Assembly (NCBI GenBank): GCA_965277895.1
Contig: CBDIDR010000001.1
Coordinates: 512,430-576,429, forward strand
Origin: Flavobacteriales bacterium
Lineage (GTDB): Bacteria > Bacteroidota > Bacteroidia > Flavobacteriales > UBA7312
Length of the DNA stretch: 64,000 bases
Direction: 5' to 3'
Shown here piece after piece: positions 58,013 to 64,000 of the stretch (within the stretch, counting starts at the first letter, position 1; each line of letters begins with the position of its first letter). The notes under the pieces are model-generated. The model did not search any database. It was not told the origin of the DNA and was given only the letters and a program-made list of their open reading frames with translations. The position numbers and the translations under genes were made by a program.

Positions 58013-58911
58013 AAATAGGAATTGTAACCGTTACGTATAACAGTGAACATGTCTTAGACGATTTTTTCAAATCAATTCAGCATCAAGATTATAAAAATTT
58101 CCTTCTTTTTTTTATTGATAATTCCTCTTCTGACAAATCGGTAGAACACATCAAATCATGGGACTTTCCCAATAAAGTGTTGCTTGAAAACGAGCAAAAT
58201 TTAGGCATTGCAACTGGTAATAATCAAGGAATAAAATTGGCTGTTGAAAACGATTGTGATTTTGTTCTTTTACTGAATAATGACACTGTTTTTGAAGCAA
58301 GTTTGCTTTCCAAATTATTGAATACTCAGCTCAAGTATAACTCTAGTGTGGTAGTTCCTAAGATGAATTATTTTTCTCTACCAAACAAAATTTGGTATGC
58401 CGGTGGGTTCTATAATAGAAATAAGGCATTTCTAAATTATCACAGAGGTCAAGGAGAGCTGGATACCCAACAGTATAATGAAGATGACATTGTTGATTAC
58501 GCTCCATCGTGCTGTGTGTTAATTCACAAAAAAGTCTTTGAAGATATTGGAAATATGGACGAAAAATATTTCGTTTATTTTGATGATGCTGACTTTTTTT
58601 ACAGGCTAAAACTAGATAAAAGGCATAAGATAAGGTATATGCATGACGTGGAATTTTTTCATAAAATAGGTAGTCTAACAAAGTCCAGGAGTTCAAAGGG
58701 TTCTAATTATTACAGCGAATTTTTTATTAAGCAAAACTGTAAGAATCATGTGTATTTTTTGAAAAAAAATGAACCTCGTTTCTCATTTATATACCTTATT
58801 CAATTATGGTTTTATGTGACATTAAGGTTCTTTTTAAGTTCCAATTTTGAAAAGAAATGGAGCACGTTTATATTAATTCAATCCTCCTATTTTAAAGGTT
58901 TAAAAATGTAG
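58009..58911 (+). CDS. Family 2 glycosyltransferase
   Basis: IVTVTYNS, FIDNSSSD, and the LLNNDT (DxD-like) pattern. Confidence 0.85.
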   Translation: MKIGIVTVTYNSEHVLDDFFKSIQHQDYKNFLLFFIDNSSSDKSVEHIKSWDFPNKVLLENEQNLGIATGNNQGIKLAVENDCDFVLLLNNDTVFEASLLSKLLNTQLKYNSSVVVPKMNYFSLPNKIWYAGGFYNRNKAFLNYHRGQGELDTQQYNEDDIVDYAPSCCVLIHKKVFEDIGNMDEKYFVYFDDADFFYRLKLDKRHKIRYMHDVEFFHKIGSLTKSRSSKGSNYYSEFFIKQNCKNHVYFLKKNEPRFSFIYLIQLWFYVTLRFFLSSNFEKKWSTFILIQSSYFKGLKM

Positions 58912-58913
58912 CT

Positions 58914-59759
58914 ATGAAGGTAAATACATTTATAGTTGGCGCACCAAAAGCAGGAACAACCTCACTCCATTATTATTTAGGTAATCATGCAAATGTAAGC
59001 ATGAGTACAGTCAAAGAACCTAACTTTTTTTCATCAAAAGAAGTATCTTCTTTATACTATGATTCTAAGTCAATAGATAACACTAAAAATTATCACAGTC
59101 TATTTTCTGAAAACAAAAAGATTATGGGCGAGGCAAGTGTATCTTACTTATTTTATGAGGATGTGCCAAAACGCATTCATGATTATAATGAGGACGCAAA
59201 AGTAATTATCATGCTTAGAGACCCACTTGAAAGAGCATTATCTCATTACCTCATGGATTGTCGGCTAGGATTTTGTAATTTGAGTCTTGAGGATATTATT
59301 TCAAACAAGGAAAAATATTCGCAATTTTTTCAGCAATTTATAGAGTTAGGGCTATATAATAGTCAGCTTGAACGTTACCTATCTGTTTTTGGAAAAGACA
59401 GAGTAAAAATCATTTTCTATTCAGATTTTAAAATTAGAACTGCTCAAATAATGAATGAGGTTACAGACTTTTTAGACATTGAAAAGTTGGATATAGATTT
59501 CACTATTCAAAATCCTTTTTTGTCGCCCTCATCAAGCTTAGTATCGTTTCTATATAAATTCAATTGGATAAGGAAATCAGTTAAGTTTTTACTATCAAAA
59601 AAGAGTCTTGAGCTCGTGAAAAAAAGAGTCTTTCTAAAGAAGAATAAACCCATTTTTTCTAATGAATTAAAATCAAAAATTAGAGCCTTTTACCTGGCTG
59701 ATATTGAGAAATTAGAATCCCTACTAGAAGTAGATTTAAGCAGATGGAAAAAAGAGTAG
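58914..59759 (+). CDS. PAPS-dependent sulfotransferase (copy 2, paralog of 54182-55105)
   Basis: GAPKAGTTSL (5'-PSB) and MLRDPLERALSHY (3'-PB-like). The N-terminal ~40 aa align with copy 1. Confidence 0.8.
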   Translation: MKVNTFIVGAPKAGTTSLHYYLGNHANVSMSTVKEPNFFSSKEVSSLYYDSKSIDNTKNYHSLFSENKKIMGEASVSYLFYEDVPKRIHDYNEDAKVIIMLRDPLERALSHYLMDCRLGFCNLSLEDIISNKEKYSQFFQQFIELGLYNSQLERYLSVFGKDRVKIIFYSDFKIRTAQIMNEVTDFLDIEKLDIDFTIQNPFLSPSSSLVSFLYKFNWIRKSVKFLLSKKSLELVKKRVFLKKNKPIFSNELKSKIRAFYLADIEKLESLLEVDLSRWKKE

Positions 59760-60859
59760 CCATAATAGACCCAGTAGGGATTAAAAGCGGCATGAATCAT
59801 TATGATATTTATTTATGCCAAGCTTTTAACGATTTAAACGTTCAGACGTTTATATACTCTAACTTTGAGAGCCATTCAAAATCAATAGTTTCCAAAGTAG
59901 TTTTTGGAACTTTCTTTTCCTCTAAGCTTCATCAATTAATAGACTTTCTTAAAGGAATTATCTTGTCTTGCATAGATTGTAAACGAAAAGGTGTAAAGGA
60001 GGTTATCGTTCATGTATTTTCTACTCACAATATGGCATTCTTAACTTACTTTATGTGTAAGTTGTTTGGCTTCAAAATCATAACTATTTCTCATGATGTT
60101 TCATCTTTCACGAATCAAGATAATAAAATGTATCATCGATTGATTTACAACCATTGGTCGGAGTATATTGTTGTTCATAATGAGTATTCAAAGCAAAATA
60201 TACTGCCCTTAATATCTCCAAAAATGCATTCGAAGATTTGCATAATAAAACACGGTGGTTTTATAGAACTACCTGACTCTAATATAACTAAGGCTAATGC
60301 TAGAAAGGAATTAAATTTAGATATTGAAACACCTTACATACTTTTCTTTGGTCGCTTGAAGTCTACCAAACGACTCGATATTTTGCTAAGAGCTATGGTA
60401 GGTATTAATTCTAGCATTCATTTGATAATTGCTGGTGATTCAGGGAAGGAAAGCTTTGATGAATATCAAAACCTCATCGATAAGCTTGGAATAAGTGAGC
60501 GTGTAATTTTAGATATAAATTATGTCTCTGATTCTAAGAGAGAATTGTATTTCAAGGCAGCAGATGCTATGGTTTTGCCCTATGAAATAATTTTTCAAAG
60601 TGGTGTGTTACTGATGGCTATGTCCTATGGTTTACCAGTAGTGGCATCTGACATACCGCCATTTAAAGAGGTCATAGACCACAACAAAAATGGCATGCTT
60701 TTTGAATCACTTAATGCTAAGGATTTAGCCCATATGATCAACACTCTTTTTGAGGATAACGTTTCAGTTCATGAGTTTTCAAAATCTGCAATTGAGACCA
60801 TTAACACTACATTTTCGTGGGATGAAATAGCAGCTAACTATAAGCAGTTGCTGTCTTAA
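59744..60859 (+). CDS. GT-B glycosyltransferase (family 4 / group 1)
   Basis: C-terminal GT1 pattern ILFFGRL...K..D.L ... YGLPVVASDIPPFKEVIDHNKNGMLF. Confidence 0.85.
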   Translation: MEKRVAIIDPVGIKSGMNHYDIYLCQAFNDLNVQTFIYSNFESHSKSIVSKVVFGTFFSSKLHQLIDFLKGIILSCIDCKRKGVKEVIVHVFSTHNMAFLTYFMCKLFGFKIITISHDVSSFTNQDNKMYHRLIYNHWSEYIVVHNEYSKQNILPLISPKMHSKICIIKHGGFIELPDSNITKANARKELNLDIETPYILFFGRLKSTKRLDILLRAMVGINSSIHLIIAGDSGKESFDEYQNLIDKLGISERVILDINYVSDSKRELYFKAADAMVLPYEIIFQSGVLLMAMSYGLPVVASDIPPFKEVIDHNKNGMLFESLNAKDLAHMINTLFEDNVSVHEFSKSAIETINTTFSWDEIAANYKQLLS

Positions 60860-60883
60860 TCTTTTAATTACCTTTGTTTTCGT

Positions 60884-62464
60884 ATGAAAAGAATACTGTT
60901 TCAACTTATTTTTCTGTTACTAATTAAAGTGTCATTTGCTCAGTACAATGCTCCTTTAAGCCATACCTATAATGTTAATTTTGAAAAAGATTTGCATGCC
61001 ATTGGAATTTCTGAACACACCTCTATTAAACCCTTCAAACTATCCGTAAATGATACGACCTATTATAATTCTATTTCGCCAATAGAAACAAAAAAAACGT
61101 ATCTCCACAATTTTTTGAATGGCAATTTATTTTTTGTTAAATCAAAAAATTATGAATTTTACGTAAACCCTCTTTTACATTTAGAAGTAGGTGCTGATGA
61201 TCAAAATAGATTCGTTAATACAAGAGGAATTGAGCTTAAAGGAAGAATCGGGAATAAGGTGCGTTTTAACTCTTCATTCTATGAAAATCAGATGAATGTA
61301 CCTGATTATATTTATGATTATATGTTAGCTCACGACAGGGTGGTGCCTGGTCAGGGAATGGCAAAAATTAATGGAATAAATACGAATTCTGATTTAGACT
61401 TTTATTTTTCCCAAGCTTATGTAAACTATGATGCCAGTGATTATTTTAACTTAGAAATAGGGCATGGCAAACATTTTTTTGGTGACGGTTACCGATCCAT
61501 GTTACTTTCTGACAATAGTTTTAATTATCCCTACTTTAAACTAACCACCAATATTTGGAAAATAAAGTACGTCAATCTGTTTTCAAGTTTGCTGCAGTTG
61601 GACTTGATTACTGATCGAAGGGATATCAGTCGAGAAAAATTTAACGCAACTCATTATTTAAGTGCAAATATTGGCAGTAGATTAACCTTGAGTTTATTTG
61701 AGTCGATTTTAATTGGAGAGGACAGCTTAGGCAATGTATTTAATATAAATTATTTAAACCCCATAATATTTTATAGACCCGTTGAGTATTCGGTTTCTTA
61801 TTCTAGACAAGGTAATGCCATTATGGGTTTAGGTCTCAAATACAAACTTTCCGACTTGTCTCATCTGTATGGTCAATTAGTTTTAGATGAATTTACCTTA
61901 TCAGAGTTAAGAGCAGGAAATGGCTATTGGGCTAATAAATTTGGTGGGCAAATTGGGTTCAAATGTTTTGACTTATTTGGCTATGAAAATCTAAGTTTTC
62001 AGACAGAGATAAACTCTGCAAGACCATTTACATTCAGTCATAAATACCCTATTTTATCGTATTCGCACTATTCACAACCTTTAGCACATCCTTTTGGAGC
62101 AAACTTTTTGGAGAATGTAAGTATATTGAGGTATAGACAGAAAAGATGGACGGCGGACTTAAAAGTTGTTGTCGCTAAACATGGCGGTCAAATTGATGGG
62201 GATTCAAGAAACTACGGAAGCGATATTCTTGTAAGCTATGACGAGAATAGAGAGGATTATGGAAACGAAGTAGCTCAGGGAAATACGACTGACCTTCGGT
62301 TTGTTGATTTTAGGGTGGGTTACCTGATAAACCCCATTACCTATTTGAAGTTGGAGGTAGGAGTCTCAAATAGAACTACTGAAGATTTAAGTACAAGTAC
62401 TGAAAATCAATATATATTCTTTGGTCTGAAAACAGATTTGAGAAATATCTACTACGATTTTTAG
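60884..62464 (+). CDS. Predicted outer-membrane beta-barrel protein at the end of the glycan cluster (possibly Wzi/RemB-like)
   Basis: Signal peptide KVSFAQ. 526 aa, beta-rich, C-terminal ...IYYDF (terminal Phe). The GDGYRSMLLSDNS motif is recalled from capsule-assembly Wzi-like proteins. Confidence 0.45.
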   Translation: MKRILFQLIFLLLIKVSFAQYNAPLSHTYNVNFEKDLHAIGISEHTSIKPFKLSVNDTTYYNSISPIETKKTYLHNFLNGNLFFVKSKNYEFYVNPLLHLEVGADDQNRFVNTRGIELKGRIGNKVRFNSSFYENQMNVPDYIYDYMLAHDRVVPGQGMAKINGINTNSDLDFYFSQAYVNYDASDYFNLEIGHGKHFFGDGYRSMLLSDNSFNYPYFKLTTNIWKIKYVNLFSSLLQLDLITDRRDISREKFNATHYLSANIGSRLTLSLFESILIGEDSLGNVFNINYLNPIIFYRPVEYSVSYSRQGNAIMGLGLKYKLSDLSHLYGQLVLDEFTLSELRAGNGYWANKFGGQIGFKCFDLFGYENLSFQTEINSARPFTFSHKYPILSYSHYSQPLAHPFGANFLENVSILRYRQKRWTADLKVVVAKHGGQIDGDSRNYGSDILVSYDENREDYGNEVAQGNTTDLRFVDFRVGYLINPITYLKLEVGVSNRTTEDLSTSTENQYIFFGLKTDLRNIYYDF

Positions 62465-62523
62465 ACCATTTCTAAATAAGGAAATATTTATCCGTTTTAC
62501 AGGGCATTGAAAATAGAAAAAGT

Positions 62524-62535
62524 GGTAAATTTACC
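62524..62535. promoter_or_regulatory. Perfect 12-bp palindrome GGTAAATTTACC upstream of ctaB
   Basis: Read directly. It lies 58 nt upstream of ATG 62594 in a 129-nt intergenic region. Confidence 0.25.
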
Positions 62536-62593
62536 CTTTGGAAAAAATCCTTCCAATTAATGCGTAAGTTACACTAAATCAACCACTTATAAA

Positions 62594-63448
62594 ATGTCTT
62601 TAAGCGACATTCTTCAGCTTTCAAAAATCAGACTAACAACAAGTGTTGTTTTTTCCGCCATTGCAGGCTTTTTTATTGCAGGCGGAGCATTCAATTCGAT
62701 TGATTTGCTTTATTTAGTTCTTGGTGGCTTTTTGGTTGTAGCCTCTTCTAACGGCTTCAATCAAATTATTGAAAAAGACTTAGATAAGCTCATGCAAAGA
62801 ACTGCCGATCGTCCACTGCCTAAAAGTAGAATGAAAGTCAATCAGGCTTTTTTCTTGTCCATATTCATGGGGAGCTTTGGTGTATTGTTTTTGTTTATGA
62901 TTAATCTGTATTGCGGATTTTTCGGTGCATTATCAGTACTTCTCTATGTGTTAGCATACACCCCTTTGAAAAGAACAACTTCATTTTCGGTTTTTGTAGG
63001 AGCATTTCCGGGGGCCATACCATTTATGTTGGGCTGGGTAGCAGTGACTAACAATTTTTCAATTGAAGCAGGTATACTTTTTGCCATACAGTTTATTTGG
63101 CAATTCCCTCACTTTTGGGCAATAGCTTGGGTCTGTGATGATGACTATACAAGAGCAGGATTCAAAATGTTGCCGGGAGGAAAAGATAAAAATACAGCAT
63201 CAAAGACCTTGATATATACTTTATTCTTAATACCCTTATCTATACTGCCAGTGTTTAGTTTCACAGGAGCATTAGAGATGTCCATTGTGGCGATGCTTTT
63301 GGCTATTTTACTTGGCTTATGGTTTTTTACAAAATCCCTTATCCTTTTTAAAACCTTGAGAGATGAAGACGCAAAAAAACTCATGTTTGCCTCTTTCTTC
63401 TACCTTCCTATTTTACAATTAATCTACGTTATTGATAAACTATTATGA
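62594..63448 (+). CDS. ctaB: Protoheme IX farnesyltransferase (heme O synthase)
   Basis: UbiA-family polytopic protein with NQIIEKDLDKLMQRTADRPLP and YTPLKR motifs. 284 aa. Confidence 0.9.
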   Translation: MSLSDILQLSKIRLTTSVVFSAIAGFFIAGGAFNSIDLLYLVLGGFLVVASSNGFNQIIEKDLDKLMQRTADRPLPKSRMKVNQAFFLSIFMGSFGVLFLFMINLYCGFFGALSVLLYVLAYTPLKRTTSFSVFVGAFPGAIPFMLGWVAVTNNFSIEAGILFAIQFIWQFPHFWAIAWVCDDDYTRAGFKMLPGGKDKNTASKTLIYTLFLIPLSILPVFSFTGALEMSIVAMLLAILLGLWFFTKSLILFKTLRDEDAKKLMFASFFYLPILQLIYVIDKLL

Positions 63449-64000
63449 CAACATTCGAAGAACAAAAAAAGAAATCGGCTAAGCCGTTATTATGGATTTC
63501 AATGATTAGTATGGCAATGATTTTTGCCGGTCTTACGAGTGCCTATGTGGTGCGAAAAGCGGAAGGCAATTGGTTAGATTTCGAATTTCCTGTATGGTTT
63601 TACTTAAGTACCGTATTTATTATTCTTTCCAGTTTCACCATTAATTGGGCAAAGAAGAGTATTAAAAATGATGAACTAGAAAAAGCCAAAAAAGGCTTTA
63701 ATTACACCCTCATATTAGGTTTAGCTTTTGCCTTATCTCAGTATATAACTTGGAAGGTGTTGTATACCAACGGTGTGTATTTTACAGGTCCAGGAAGTAA
63801 CGCTTCAGGCTCATTTTTATATGTCTTAACCCTTATGCATTTATTCCATTTAGGAGGTGGATTATTGGCATTAGCGTATACGACTTACAAAGCAAAAAAA
63901 GGAGCATATAGCAATAATAATTATCTAGGAGTTGAGCTTTGTGTTATTTTTTGGCACTTTCTTGACTTTTTATGGCTCTATTTATTCCTGTTTTTACTAT
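63445..64000 (+). CDS. ctaE: Cytochrome c oxidase subunit III (3' end beyond the window)
   Basis: ATG 63445 overlaps the ctaB stop (ATGA). The frame is open to the window end (not in the ORF track because there is no stop). The motif FWHFLDFLWLYLF corresponds to the subunit III WHFVD-type signature. Confidence 0.8.
   Translation, partial: MTTFEEQKKKSAKPLLWISMISMAMIFAGLTSAYVVRKAEGNWLDFEFPVWFYLSTVFIILSSFTINWAKKSIKNDELEKAKKGFNYTLILGLAFALSQYITWKVLYTNGVYFTGPGSNASGSFLYVLTLMHLFHLGGGLLALAYTTYKAKKGAYSNNNYLGVELCVIFWHFLDFLWLYLFLFLL

Noticed and set aside
1-64000. Scan for CRISPR arrays, transposases/IS ends, integrases next to the tRNA gene, phage modules, toxin-antitoxin pairs and known defence-system enzymes.
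   Set aside because: No direct-repeat/spacer periodicity was seen, and no ORF has DDE, tyrosine-recombinase, reverse-transcriptase, nuclease-helicase or similar motifs. The tRNA-Gln is flanked by ordinary genes with no duplicated tRNA 3' segment. The window appears to be core chromosome.

Overview
Low-GC Bacteroidota (Flavobacteriia-like) chromosomal segment. It is almost entirely coding and mostly core or housekeeping. All calls rest on reading motifs, gene order and nucleotide structure by eye. No database or HMM search could be run, and family names such as DUF2723, DUF6029, Omp28-related and Wzi/RemB are recollections that need confirmation.

Housekeeping content:
- rimP-nusA-infB, ruvB, queG, ubiX, maeB, ruvA, gcvH, deoC and one tRNA-Gln(UUG).
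- A complete alternative complex III operon (actABCDEF) runs directly into cytochrome c oxidase subunits II and I. The heme O synthase gene and oxidase subunit III lie 33 kb further on, at the right edge.

Type IX secretion (T9SS) theme:
- The translocon gene sprA.
- A 5'-truncated SprB-repeat adhesin with a type-B C-terminal domain (CTD), followed by its PorP/SprF partner.
- Three cargo genes with type-A CTDs.

I found no CRISPR array, transposase, integrase, phage gene or recognisable defence gene.

Observations most worth follow-up:
1. A minus-strand envelope island (about 32.0-39.5 kb) holds four thioredoxin-fold CxxC proteins: a TlpA-like protein, an Omp28-like lipoprotein, a short Omp28-like paralog and a T9SS-exported WCGPC protein. 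They are interleaved with predicted outer-membrane barrels and translationally coupled to ubiX.
2. A Wzx/Wzy-type glycan cluster (52.1-62.5 kb) carries two PAPS-type sulfotransferases and an acetyltransferase, which suggests a sulfated surface polysaccharide.
3. An orphan T9SS cargo built from three ~170-aa repeats of an unrecognised domain.
4. An OmpA-family gene broken by an in-frame stop and a late frameshift.
5. A terminator-like hairpin in the rimP-nusA-infB leader.
6. A TauE / persulfide-dioxygenase-rhodanese / rhodanese sulfur module preceded by a 16-bp palindrome.
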